Source: Carpediemonas membranifera BICM (lineage: Eukaryota; Protista; Fornicata). Taken from it: a stretch of DNA of 64,000 bases. The position numbers were made by a program, and so were the translations under genes. The DNA lies in assembly GCA_019828565.1 (NCBI GenBank), contig JAHDYR010000024.1, positions 427,664 to 491,663 on the forward strand, given 5' to 3'. The notes beneath the pieces were generated by a model. That model was not told the DNA's origin. It saw nothing but the letters and a program-made list of their open reading frames with translations, and did not search any database. This document shows, in pieces, positions 29,060 to 39,954 of the stretch; position 1 is the stretch's first letter, and each line of letters opens with the position of its first letter.

Positions 29060-31201
29060 ATGGCGACGAGCTACAGTGTTGCTCAAATCAAGGAGAAGGT
29101 TCACGAAATTGCCCATGGTGAGTTCGCTGAGAGAATTGCGGCCGAGGGCTTCAAGCCTTGCATGAGTGGCATGCTTTTCCAGGTGAACGGCGCTTTCCCG
29201 AAGATGTGGGGCTTCATCGACCTTCCTAAGGAGGAAAAGGCCAAGTACAAGAACCCTTACAACTTCCTCTACGCGATCTGCGAGGAGCTCGGCCTCACGC
29301 CCATCGTCGAGGCCGCTCCTGTTGAGCGCGAGGTCAAGGCCGAGCCCGCCGCCGCCGAGCCCGCTGACCCCTTCACCAACGTTCCTACGAGCAACAAGCG
29401 CCTGCCCATCATGCGCGAGGCGTCTCTTGAGTTCTCCGAGCCCGGTGTCGAGGGCGGCATCCCCGCCTTCGTCGACCCCGCGACCGACGCCAACGAGGAG
29501 GACAACAAGGCCCGCGCCGCCTACCTGTCCGACAAGACATGGTGCGGCCGGGTTCTGTCTGAGCACGATAAGGTGCTCAAGGACTACGGCAACCTGACGT
29601 GCCTGACCCGCTTCCCCCCGGAGCCCAACGGGTATCTCCACATCGGCCATGCCAAGAGCATGTTCCTGAACTTCAACTACGCCAAGCAGCACAACGGCAA
29701 GACCATCCTCCGCTTCGATGACACGAACCCAGAGAAGGAGAATGTAGAGTTCGTCGAGAGCATCAAGGCTGACGTCCACTGGATGGGCCATGAGATATTC
29801 AAGACGACCTTCACCTCGTCCTACTTCCCCCGCCTCTACGCCATCGCCGTCGAGTTCATCAAGGCCGGCCTGGCCTACGTCGACGACCAGACCGACGCGG
29901 ATATGAAGCTGTACCGCGGCACCAAGCCCGACGGCACCCAGTGCGAGCCCCGCGACCCGCCCTGCCGCTTCAACTCAATCGAGACCAACCTGCGCGAATT
30001 CCAGCGCATGAAGGACGGTTTCTACCGGGAGGGCGAACGCACCCTTCGCCTGAAGATCGACATGCGCCACGCCAACCCCACGATGCGCGATCCCGTAGCC
30101 TACCGCATCAAGTTCTGCGAGCACCACCGCACGGGCACGGAGTGGTGCATCTACCCCTCCTACGACTTCTCCCACTGTCTTATCGACTCATTTGAGGACA
30201 TCACACACTCCATGTGTACCCTGGAGTTCCAGATCAGGCAGATCGTGTACAACTACGTCACGGAGCGGGCCAAGGTGTACCTCCCGATGCAGTGGGAGTT
30301 CAACAGACTGAACCTCACACAGACAGTCATGAGCAAGCGGAAACTCCTCCAGCTGGTGACGGACAAGCACGTTAGAGGGTGGGACGACCCCCGCATGCCC
30401 ACCATCCGCGGCCTCAGACGCCGCGGCTTCACCCCCGCTGCCCTGAACGCCCTGTGCGCGGCGGCTGGCGTGACCAGGTCTGACTCGCAGACGATCAGGG
30501 CGTCGCTGCTGGAGAGGTGCGTGAGAGAGGACCTCGATGCCTCGGCTCCCAGGGCATTCGCGGTTGTCAGCCCAGTCAAGGTCGTGATCGAGAACTTCGC
30601 CGAGCTGCTCGCCACCCACCCCGACTCGGCCACAGTCGAGGGCGATGCCATAATCTGCACCCACCCTCTTAAGGTCACCGCGGACACGTACACGGAACGG
30701 CTGACGTCCGAGCTCTTCATCGAGGAATCCGACTTCATGGCCACCCCCACCAAGGGCTTCCTCCGCCTCTTCCCGGGCGGCAGCGTCGGCCTCCGCTTCG
30801 GCCCTACCATCCAGCTTGCCAAGGAGGGCGCCGTGTTCACCGAGGGCGGCATGACCGTGCTGCGCGTCACTGGTGTCTGGGGCGCGACTCCCTCGAAGTT
30901 CATCCATTGGGTGTCCGCCGCGGACGCTGTCCCTGCCGAGGTCCGGCTCTACGGACCCCTGTTCGAGGACGAGAAGCCTGACCTCTCGGACGGCTGGGAG
31001 AAGCGACTCAACCCGGACAGCCTCGTCGTCAAGCGCGGGTACGTCAGCAGGTTTGTCGCCGAGACCGCACGCATCGAGGGTCACTACCAGTTCGAGCGTC
31101 TTGGTTTCTTTGTCGTCGACAAGGACACCGTGATGACCAAGGGCAAGGTGACTAGCCTCGTCGTCAACCGTACCGTAGGACTCCGCGACAGTTTCAAGTA
31201 A
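29060..31201 (+). CDS. QARS1: Glutaminyl-tRNA synthetase
   Basis: TRFPPEPNGYLHIGHAK, RFDDTNP, YDFSHC..DSFEDITHSMCTLEF, MSKRKL, QFERLGFF. Confidence 0.95.
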   Translation: MATSYSVAQIKEKVHEIAHGEFAERIAAEGFKPCMSGMLFQVNGAFPKMWGFIDLPKEEKAKYKNPYNFLYAICEELGLTPIVEAAPVEREVKAEPAAAEPADPFTNVPTSNKRLPIMREASLEFSEPGVEGGIPAFVDPATDANEEDNKARAAYLSDKTWCGRVLSEHDKVLKDYGNLTCLTRFPPEPNGYLHIGHAKSMFLNFNYAKQHNGKTILRFDDTNPEKENVEFVESIKADVHWMGHEIFKTTFTSSYFPRLYAIAVEFIKAGLAYVDDQTDADMKLYRGTKPDGTQCEPRDPPCRFNSIETNLREFQRMKDGFYREGERTLRLKIDMRHANPTMRDPVAYRIKFCEHHRTGTEWCIYPSYDFSHCLIDSFEDITHSMCTLEFQIRQIVYNYVTERAKVYLPMQWEFNRLNLTQTVMSKRKLLQLVTDKHVRGWDDPRMPTIRGLRRRGFTPAALNALCAAAGVTRSDSQTIRASLLERCVREDLDASAPRAFAVVSPVKVVIENFAELLATHPDSATVEGDAIICTHPLKVTADTYTERLTSELFIEESDFMATPTKGFLRLFPGGSVGLRFGPTIQLAKEGAVFTEGGMTVLRVTGVWGATPSKFIHWVSAADAVPAEVRLYGPLFEDEKPDLSDGWEKRLNPDSLVVKRGYVSRFVAETARIEGHYQFERLGFFVVDKDTVMTKGKVTSLVVNRTVGLRDSFK

Positions 31202-31245
31202 ACCAGGGCATAAACTGCGGGATGATTTACTGTGCATGTTTATAT

Positions 31246-32062
31246 TTATTGGGGCAGCAGGGCGAGGGCCTCCTCGAGATGCGCCCGGATCCCAACAACG
31301 TCCTTCCACTCAATCGCCGAGTTCACGATCTTGATATGCCGATGCAGCTCCTTGATAGTATCGGCGTCCAGTGTCACGGGCTTAGGGGACTTCACAGGAC
31401 TCACGGCGGGCCGGGCCGGCGAGGGCGTGGCCACTGGGGCTGGCTTAGGCGCCGGCTCGGTCGGGATGGGGTGCTGCGCCCTGGCCTCGTTGGCTAGCTC
31501 GGCCTCCAGCTGCGCCAGTTCGTCTGACACGTCGACGGGCTGCCCCGCCTCCATCGCGGCGATGTCAGCCCTAGTCCGGTCATCGGCCACCTGCTTGGCG
31601 ATGGCAGTTGCCCTGAACTTGGCGTAGCGTGTCTTATCTGAGTAATCGGTGTCAACAGAGTCCTTGAAGGACGTCAGCGCCTCAAGGAACGCCGCTGCCG
31701 CACGGAACTTGGCCGCGGTGGCCTTGCTGACGTCGCCGGTCTTGTCTGCTGTGTTATATGAGCTGGGGGAACGAACCCTTGTCTGCGTTGATGAAGACGG
31801 ACACCGCGAACGACTCGAGCTTCTTGGCCTGGTCAGCTCTGGCTATGGCGTGCTCATCCATCGCCTCCATGAGGTCCATCATCTTCGAAAGAAACGCCGT
31901 GGACGCCGGGTCCGTCGCTTGGCCTTGCTTTCTCATCACCATGGCCCTGTCAAGGGCGTGCACGAGAAGGGCGTAGGACACGACGGGATTGATGCTCTTT
32001 AGTTCATAGTGGCGCTCTAGTATATACCGCAGCGATTGGAGGGCCTGTGGGATTTGCTCCAT
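31246..32062 (-). CDS. VTA1: ESCRT/Vps4 cofactor Vta1; 2 exons (32062-31777, 31748-31246)
   Basis: PVVSY, FAVSVFINADK, F.AAA.FLEAL, KTRYAKFRA.AI, C-terminal VSL-like helix pair. Confidence 0.88.
31749..31776 (-). other. Spliceosomal intron, 28 nt (VTA1)
   Basis: GTTCGT...TATAACACAG; removes an in-frame stop and restores the frame. Confidence 0.9.
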
Positions 32063-32119
32063 TCGTTGTTTTCGTGGTTTTGCTTCGTTATTTCCAGAGA
32101 TCGTGACCCAGAGCCAGGG

Positions 32120-32611
32120 TCACCGCTGCGATACTGCGGCCAGCTTGCCCTTCTTCCGCTTCACGATGACGCGTTTGATCGGGTTCGATAGCATGCTCTT
32201 GCCCTTCTTGACCTTGATCTTCTTGGCCCGACCCACTGCCTGGTCCGACGGGGCGGATACCTCTGTACTACCGCTGTCGGCCCCATTGGACGGGGAGGCG
32301 GGCCTATGCGGGGCAGGGGGCATGAACCGCATCTGCTCGACGCTCCTCAGGGCGTCGGTGTAGATGCCGCGGAGGTCCTCGAAGGACGTGAACTGAATGG
32401 ACGTCGGTGTGGATGGAACACAGGAATCATCGCTGCCGTCGCTGTCGTCATCGTTGGAAGTGCGCATGGAGAACGACAGTGGATCGTTGAGCTCGTAGAA
32501 GATGAGGCTCTCGTTCCACATCATGTACTGTTGATCAGGGACGCTGTGCGCCATTCGTTCCAACTCAAACGCCCGTAAAGCACGGTACTCTTGTCCAACG
32601 CCTTGATCCAT
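32120..32611 (-). CDS. Hypothetical protein (acidic/Ser-rich middle, Lys-rich NLS-like C-terminus)
   Basis: 163-aa ATG ORF filling the gap between VTA1 and kinesin. Confidence 0.6.
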   Translation of the reverse strand: MDQGVGQEYRALRAFELERMAHSVPDQQYMMWNESLIFYELNDPLSFSMRTSNDDDSDGSDDSCVPSTPTSIQFTSFEDLRGIYTDALRSVEQMRFMPPAPHRPASPSNGADSGSTEVSAPSDQAVGRAKKIKVKKGKSMLSNPIKRVIVKRKKGKLAAVSQR

Positions 32612-32790
32612 GCCGGGGTTTGCTCCGCCCTTTCGCTTGACTCGAGATGCCCCAAGACTGCGAAGCTGAGGGCCGCATGGGCGTCAGCCTGGTGTAATGG
32701 GGGAGATTGCAGTCGACATCCCACAGACCCCTAGATCGTGACCAATCATTTCCAATTTTGATCGATCGGAAAGGTCACCGGCACGCACAG

Positions 32791-35700
32791 ATGCCTGCGA
32801 CCGATACTCAGAAGAACCGGAACAACATTAGAGTAATATGTCGATTTAGGCCACAAAACGGTAAGGAGAAGAAGGCAGGTGGAGCAGATTGCGTGAACTA
32901 CGGCGAGGACGACCATTCCGTCGCCATTTCAGGGAAAGGGTTCGGAGCCACGATGAAGATGTTCACATTTGACCGAGTTTTCAACGCTAGCAGCACGCAG
33001 GCGGATGTCTTCGAGACCGCTGCCGCCCCTGTTGTTGACGAAGTCTTCAAGGGCTACAACGGCACCATATTCGCCTACGGCCAGACCTCAGCCGGTAAGT
33101 ACCACGCCACCCCCTCACGCAGGTAAGACGCACACTATGCAAGGTCCGGACCTCGACGACTTCCACAACCGGGGTCTCATTCCCCGCATCATCGACAGCG
33201 TCTTCACACACTTAGAGGAGGCCGACGCCTCCCTCGAGTTCAGCATCAAGGTCAGCTACGTCGAGATCTATATGGAGAAGATCCGAGACCTGCTGGACGT
33301 CAGCAAGGCTAACTTGCCCATCCACGAGGACCGCACTCGCGGCATCTTTATCGGCGGCGTCACCGAGATCCACGTCGGGTCGCCCGAGGAGATCGTCAAC
33401 GTCATGAAGCTCGGGGCTAGAAACCGCATCGTCGCCTCTACCAACATGAACGCCGACTCGTCCCGCTCCCACGCCCTGTTTATCGTCACACTCACCCAGG
33501 TACACAGCGAGAGCGGGAGTAGGAAGGACAGCCGGTTGTACCTCGTCGACCTGGCGGGCAGTGAGAAGGTGGGCAAGACAGGGGCCGCGGGACAGACGCT
33601 GGAGGAGGCTAAGATGATCAACAAGAGTCTGGCGGCCCTCGGCAACGTCATCAACGCGCTGACCGACCGCAAGACGAACCACGTCCCCTACCGCGACTCC
33701 AAGCTGACCCGTGTGCTGCAGGAGAGTCTCGGGGGCAACAGTCTGACCACGCTCATCGTGTGCTGCTCGTCGTCCTCGTTCAACGCGCCAGAGACGGTTT
33801 CGACCCTCAGGTTTGGCGAGCGGGCCAAGATGATCGAGAACAAGGCCAAGGTCAACCAGGAGCGGAGTGTCGCCGAGTACAAGGCCCTGCTCAAGGCCGC
33901 CCACGACGAGATCGCCCGGCTCAAGGGCAAGACGGGTTCCTCGGACTCTCTGCCGACGGAGAACGACGAGGACCTGCAGGCTGAGCTCGAGGAGGTGCGG
34001 CAGGCTCTGGAGAACGCGAGAGAGGACCTCACTGTCGCCAAGGAGGAACTCGAGGCCGCCAAGGACAGGTCGGCCCTGGACTCGGCCCTGGACGCCCTGA
34101 ACGCCGTCACTGGCGAGAGGGACAAGCTCATCGACGAGCTGGAGGACGCGCTGACCCAGATCGAAGCGTTCACCATGGACCGTGACGACCAGCTGGCCGA
34201 GATGGAGGCGCTGCGGGATGAGATCGCGGCACTGCGGGAGACAGCACCACCCCCGACTACGGTTGTCTGCGGCACCCAGACGGAGCTGAGGCCCGCAGAC
34301 GACTCAGACTCGGAGTACGACTCGAGTGACTCTGACTCGAGTGACTCTGACTCGAGTGACTCAGCGGCCACGGACACGACTCGGTCGGACACTGCGACGA
34401 CAGACGCCCCCAACACTGACACGACGGCCTCGATGTCGCCCCTGCGGAAGACGATCGCCGTCATCCCCGGTACCGATGCCGCGGTCCAGACGGAGCCATG
34501 GTCAGACCCCAGAGTCGCCGCGGCAGAGGCTGAGGCCACGCGGCTGCAGTCGGACCTCGACACGGCCCAGGCCGAGCTCGCAGGAGTGACAGCGGAGTTG
34601 GCCGAGGCGAAGGCGTCGCACGAGGCTGACCTGGCCCGTATTGAGGGCGAAGAAGCCCAGCGCGTGAAGGCCGAAGCGGCGACCCGTAACGAGCTTGAGG
34701 ACGCCCGGTCGCAGGTGACCGAGCTCCAGGCGACTGTGGCACGACTCGAGGCCCAGCAGGCGGCCGGTGAGCTTATGGAGACGGACGAGGAGTCCGAGGC
34801 GGAGTCAGACAGTGACGACAGCGAAGCCCTGCAGGCCACGATTGCCCAGCTGGAGAAGGCCAATGGTGCCCTCCGGTCTGAGCTGGCAGACGCCCAGTCC
34901 TCCCTGACGCAGGCCCGGACGACGCTGGAGTCCGTGCGGGCTGACCGGACGAGGCTGGAGGCGGAGAAGCACGGACTGCGGTGGCATCTGGAGAAGATCA
35001 AGGCCAGCTACGCCACGCGGCTGTCTGCCGTCGACGCTCGGGAGAAGAGGGCCACCGCCCGCCTGGCAGAGGTGCAGGCCGAGCTCGTCCAGACCCGCCA
35101 GGCCTCTGCAGCAGCGGCACAGGTGGCGGAGGACGCCACTGCAGCACTGAAGGCGGAGGAGCGGCGTCTCAAGGGGGAGCTGGCGACGATGGGGGAGGAC
35201 CTTAGGGACCGGTGCGATAGGGTTGTCCGGCTCGAGATCCAGCTGTGCGAGGCTAGGGAACAGCAGGAGAGCTTCCTCAAGGGCGGTGGCGGCAGCAAGG
35301 CGCTCATGCGTCGTGTGACGTTCTTGGAGCGGAACCTCGAGAACATCAGCGCCGTCAACACCGCGCTGACCACCCAGAACAGCAGCCTGCGGTATGCCGC
35401 ACAGGTGGCAGAGAGGAAGCTCGCGGCAAGGGAGACCCGTGTCGAGCGGCTCGAGACGCTGGGCCGGGAATCAGAGGCGCGGTACCGGGGCCTCATGAAG
35501 GCCAAGGACGACGAGTGCGCCAGACTCCGGGGCGTCGTCGACTCCATGCGGAAGGAGCTCGAGGTGCACCGGGCCGAGACCGCGGCGGGCCTCAGCGGTG
35601 GCAGAGAGCGGGCGACGTCCATCGGGGGGCACAACATCATGCGGCCCATCCGGGGCGGGTCCCGGTTCACGGCGAGACACTTCCCCCAGGAGATCTCCCC

Positions 35701-36013
35701 GCCCAGAGTGACCACGCCAGGGTCTACCCCCGCGGAGATGAAGGCGCTGGGACAGGGGCCGATGCACCCCGTCAGGGAGGACGGGCCAGCCACACCCAGT
35801 GCCGTGCCGCGTGTGACCTCACCCCTGGCCGCACCGTCGACGCCCAGCCCGAGAGCGCAGACTGCGAGGACCCCATCGATGACGCTGGACACAATGATGG
35901 CTGGGGATGGCGAGGGTGACGTGACAGTCGCACCGGTCAGCGCCAGACCCGCCAAGAGCCGGAAGCGGTCAAACCTGGGCAACTTCTTCAGGCAGCAGAC
36001 GCAGGGGAAATGA
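32791..36013 (+). CDS. KIF5: Kinesin-1 heavy chain-like motor; 2 exons (32791-33094, 33123-36013)
   Basis: IRVICRFRP, spliced P-loop GQTSAGKT, SSRSH, DLAGSE, HVPYRDSKLT, coiled-coil stalk, tail IMRPIRGG (IAK-like). Confidence 0.93.
33095..33122 (+). other. Spliceosomal intron, 28 nt (kinesin P-loop)
   Basis: GTAAGT...CCTCACGCAG; splicing rebuilds GKT. Confidence 0.95.
34319..34362 (+). repeat. 15-bp coding minisatellite (GACTCGAGTGACTCT) x3, encoding DSSDS
   Basis: Seen directly in the kinesin stalk. Confidence 0.8.
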
Positions 36014-36189
36014 TCAGACACACGTGGATAAATGAGGAGGTTAATGGGATTGTGGGGATGCGGCTGTGATCATCTACCGCATGGGAGCACTGTACAGGCT
36101 GCTGGCACCCTCCTGTCGCTGTGTTGGCCGTTGCAGGATATGCATCGTCACGACGACACCAGCCGACAGAAATAGTGAGGTTGGGCTAG

Positions 36190-39018
36190 ATGGTGAACTA
36201 CAAGCTCGGTATCATGCATGTTCAGGTCGTAGGATGCGATGTGAATGCGCCGTGTGTCAAGATCACCGTTGACAGCGATCTTACATCCTATATTGATCTT
36301 AGCAAGCCTAAAAAGACCACAGATACGCTAGTACATGAACGTGCGACGTGCCTTGGCAATAGCGACTTTCTCCTACCCTTTAATATGGCGTTGAAGTTCA
36401 TGGAGACGAAACTTCAGCGCCTGGGCCCACTAGAAGCGCCATTCCTGACATTCCACATCCGGAAGAAGAAGCCAGGCTTGTTCAGGACGACGTACGAGGA
36501 CGTTGACATGATCCAGGCCCATCTCTCCCGCGCCACGGTCCTCAGGGGACCGCTGGAAGCCCCCGTCGATCTGGAGCTGAAGGACGCCGCCGACCACGTC
36601 CGGGGGAAGATCAGGGTGCACGCCATGCTCATTAGGAAGGACTCTGAGCAAGAGGAGTACAACGACAAGGTGCGTCGGTTCGCGGAGGCCGTGTCTTCTG
36701 AGAAGAAGAAGCTCGAGACCGCCGATAGGATCCAGAAGCGGGGGTCACCGGGAAAGGAGAGCGCGGCTCAGTTCCCTGACCCCCTGAACGGTAATAGCGG
36801 CGCCGAGGACCGCGCGGCCGAGGAGCAGGCCCGTAAGGAGAAGCGTGCGAGGGTGCTTGCGGCCATGCAGGGCGGGACACTCAACCCAGCGGCACTCAAG
36901 CCTAAGCCAGAGGGCCCTCCTGCCGACTGGGCCCGTGTGGAGCATGTCAGTGTGAGCTCCGTGCTTGCCCTTGTCGAGGCGGAGGTGCAGGGCCTACTGG
37001 AGGTCCACAGGGGGTCAGCCCAGGAGGCACAGCTCACTGCACACCTCGAGAAGGTCCGTAGTAGGATGGCGAGGATCGACGCTATGCGGCAGGCTGGCCT
37101 TACTGACGAGAAGTACGCTGGGCTCATCACCAAGGCCACTACCAAGTGGGCAGCCTATGCCCAGCAATTCGCAGCGATGAAGACGGACCCTAAGGCGGCC
37201 AGGAACGAGCAGCGGGCCGTACTATGGGTCAACACCGCGAAGGCCGAGCTCGTCTGTGTCCGAGCGGGGACCCAGCCGCAGCCCGCGGCCCCCGTGTCTG
37301 TGGGCGGTGTGGAGCTGCCCCCGGTCGACTGGCGCAGTGCAGCTAATGTGCCGGTGCATGACGTCCTCGAAGCGATGGAGGTGGAGACGTACGAACTATT
37401 CCAGACGAAGTCAGAGCAGGGGGTGGGGCCGGAGCTACTGCAGCAGATCCAGGAGATCCTCAGGGATGTCCAGAAGGCTAAGAACAAGATGGAGGACGAC
37501 TTCGAGGCCGGTACGCTGACGTATGCCGATTACCTCCCCCGAGTCGCCCGTAGTGTTGCCCTGTGGACGGACTATGGGCGCAGGTTCGGGCAGGCTAAGA
37601 CCATGGACCCTAAGTACGGCGGGCAGGAGAGGAAGGCGATGCGGTGGGCCGACATCGCCAGGACGGAGCTGACGGAGACATGCGAGGCAGAGGGCATCCC
37701 AGTTCCTTCTATAGGGCAGGCTGCACAGCCGGCGGAGTCCAAGCCCCAGCCTGTAGTACCCGTACCTGTTCCCCAGCCCGTGCCCCAGGCCGTGCCATCC
37801 CAGTACGAGCAGCCTCCCGATGATTGGAATGACGTGGCCAATGTGTCTGTGAATGACGTCCTTGATCTCATGCAGGAGCAGGCGTACACAGTGTTCGACA
37901 CGAGACGAGCTCAGGGCGACAGTGAGGAGAACCTCAAGGTGATCCTGGACACACTCCGCCGGGTACAGGACAAGATGAAGAAACTCGAGGACGACTTTGA
38001 CTCAGGAAGACTCACGAGCGAGGACTACATCCGCACCATCGTCGACTCGATCAAACGTTGGACTCGCTACGCCATGCAGTTCGAGGCGACACAGGAGCAG
38101 GACCCCAAAAACGGCGGCAAGGCGCGGCGTCTGGCTAAGTGGGTTGAGCTCGCCACCAACGAGCTCCACATCATGTGCGAGGACGCCGGTATCCCTGTAC
38201 CCCCACTGCCCCGCATCAGGTCGCCCCCGCCGACTGACTGGGACGCCGAGGGCAGGGTGATCGCCGTGAGTGTGCTCGGGCTCATGGCCGACGTTGACCA
38301 GGCGAGAGTCTCCAAAGTCACGGCCATCGCGGGCATGACGCCGGCTAAGTACCTCGCGAAGGTCAGGGCGGCCGCTGAGTTGTGGCAGGGGTATGCAGAG
38401 GCGTTTGCTATGCTGGGCAGTACAGCAGAGACCAAGGCGCGGTTATGGGCCGAGACCGCGGCCCGGGAGGTCGTGACACGCTGCGGCGAGCTGGGGCTCG
38501 ACCCCACCACCCTGCAGCCCCTGTCAGAGGCCCCGCAGCCTGCCCCGCCTGTGCAACCGGAAGCCACGCCCCAGCCGGCCCCCGTGTCGCCCGTAGAGCA
38601 GTCGCCCGAGCCATCTGTGCCGCCCGACTGGAACGACACCGCCCAGCTGGAGGTCATCAGCGTCCTTTCTACAGTCATCGAATCACTCCGCAAGAACGAG
38701 CGTGTCAACACCCGCAAGGGCCAGGCAGAGCGGGCGCAGATGTTCCAGACCAAGGCCGACGCCCTCGACGCCAAGCTCGCCGTGCTCAAGGCCACGCTGT
38801 CGGACGGGTCGTTGCCACAAGACCGGTATGCCGCCCGATTGGAGACCATGACGACACTGTGGGAGGGTTACGCTCAGCTGTTCGAGGCGGATGGGGACGC
38901 CGCGCACGCCAAGCTGGCGAGGGCTTGGGCCGGTCTGGCGCAAGAGGAAAAGGAGGCCCTGGCCCAGGCGGAGTCAGAGAGCGAGGTTGATGACGAGGAC
39001 GAGGAGTTCCTGGTCTAG
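36190..39018 (+). CDS. C2-domain protein with five helical repeats, CC2D1A/Lgd-like
   Basis: C2-like N-terminus (KKPGLFRT...GKIRVHAMLIR); five ~100-140 aa repeats starting PPxDW. Confidence 0.7.
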   Translation: MVNYKLGIMHVQVVGCDVNAPCVKITVDSDLTSYIDLSKPKKTTDTLVHERATCLGNSDFLLPFNMALKFMETKLQRLGPLEAPFLTFHIRKKKPGLFRTTYEDVDMIQAHLSRATVLRGPLEAPVDLELKDAADHVRGKIRVHAMLIRKDSEQEEYNDKVRRFAEAVSSEKKKLETADRIQKRGSPGKESAAQFPDPLNGNSGAEDRAAEEQARKEKRARVLAAMQGGTLNPAALKPKPEGPPADWARVEHVSVSSVLALVEAEVQGLLEVHRGSAQEAQLTAHLEKVRSRMARIDAMRQAGLTDEKYAGLITKATTKWAAYAQQFAAMKTDPKAARNEQRAVLWVNTAKAELVCVRAGTQPQPAAPVSVGGVELPPVDWRSAANVPVHDVLEAMEVETYELFQTKSEQGVGPELLQQIQEILRDVQKAKNKMEDDFEAGTLTYADYLPRVARSVALWTDYGRRFGQAKTMDPKYGGQERKAMRWADIARTELTETCEAEGIPVPSIGQAAQPAESKPQPVVPVPVPQPVPQAVPSQYEQPPDDWNDVANVSVNDVLDLMQEQAYTVFDTRRAQGDSEENLKVILDTLRRVQDKMKKLEDDFDSGRLTSEDYIRTIVDSIKRWTRYAMQFEATQEQDPKNGGKARRLAKWVELATNELHIMCEDAGIPVPPLPRIRSPPPTDWDAEGRVIAVSVLGLMADVDQARVSKVTAIAGMTPAKYLAKVRAAAELWQGYAEAFAMLGSTAETKARLWAETAAREVVTRCGELGLDPTTLQPLSEAPQPAPPVQPEATPQPAPVSPVEQSPEPSVPPDWNDTAQLEVISVLSTVIESLRKNERVNTRKGQAERAQMFQTKADALDAKLAVLKATLSDGSLPQDRYAARLETMTTLWEGYAQLFEADGDAAHAKLARAWAGLAQEEKEALAQAESESEVDDEDEEFLV

Positions 39019-39090
39019 TGTGTCGTGTAAAGCAGCAGTTTCAGCTCCGAGAATACATCTGAACATCTGAACCAAAGATAGGAAAAGAAC

Positions 39091-39945
39091 ATGGGGGCTG
39101 GCAGCAGCAAGAAGAAGAAAGTAACAAGCAGATGCGTTTACTATGATGGCAGTGACGCTTTCCTGGCCGCATTAGAGCCGGTACTCCTGCGGGAACCAGG
39201 CCGCCACTCATTCATGTTCGGAATCGTCCACAACTGCGAAGAGTTCCATGGATTTGGCGTCTACAGGGGAGATGAACTTGTCCTAGTTGCCATTCAGACG
39301 CCGCCGAGGCCCCTTGTTGCAGGTACCGTTGGCTCCCACGAGGTCTCCAAGGACGAGGTTGCCCTCCTGATCGACGAGGTCGCCGCGAACGATCTCGTGC
39401 TCCCTGGCATCAATGCAGACGTCGCCGTTGCTGAGATGATCGCGGCCGAACACGCCTACCGCTCGGGCCAGCTCTACGAGGAGGACATCCACCTGAACCT
39501 GTACGCCCTGGACAGCAGCCCAGAGAGCACCGGGGGCGAGCTCAGAGCGCCCACGGAGGCTGAGCTGCCCCTGGTGAACCGGTGGGTGTCAGAGTTCTAC
39601 GCCGAGGTCATCCACGAGCCCGACCGGGCCTGCCCAGCCATGGGGGTGGGTGAGATGCCCTCACTGGCGCTATGGGTGGTGGACGGTGCCCCTGTGAGCA
39701 TGCTCCAGTTCGTCCTCCCCACCCCGGCCAGCACGATGGTCACCCATGTCTACACGCCACCAGACAACAGGGGAAAGGGGTACGCCACTGGCATGGTCGC
39801 CGCGGCCGCTGCTAAGGCGGTGCAGGATAAGGGGCTGATATGCCTGCACGCCCACGCCGCCAACCCGGCGTCCAACCAGGTTTACCGGACGGTCGGGTTC
39901 GATCAGCTCCTGGTGAGGGCACTGTACTACTTTAAACTCCCTTAA
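39091..39945 (+). CDS. Bacterial-type GNAT N-acetyltransferase with an N-terminal myristoylation/polybasic motif
   Basis: VYTPPDNRGKGYA (motif A), ANPASNQVYRTVGF; N-terminus MGAGSSKKKK. Confidence 0.88.
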   Translation: MGAGSSKKKKVTSRCVYYDGSDAFLAALEPVLLREPGRHSFMFGIVHNCEEFHGFGVYRGDELVLVAIQTPPRPLVAGTVGSHEVSKDEVALLIDEVAANDLVLPGINADVAVAEMIAAEHAYRSGQLYEEDIHLNLYALDSSPESTGGELRAPTEAELPLVNRWVSEFYAEVIHEPDRACPAMGVGEMPSLALWVVDGAPVSMLQFVLPTPASTMVTHVYTPPDNRGKGYATGMVAAAAAKAVQDKGLICLHAHAANPASNQVYRTVGFDQLLVRALYYFKLP

Positions 39946-39954
39946 ACTATCCGA

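Noticed and set aside
31246-39018. VTA1 and the CC2D1-like gene as an ESCRT gene cluster
   Set aside because: Only two genes, separated by unrelated ones, and one assignment is tentative; chance is adequate.
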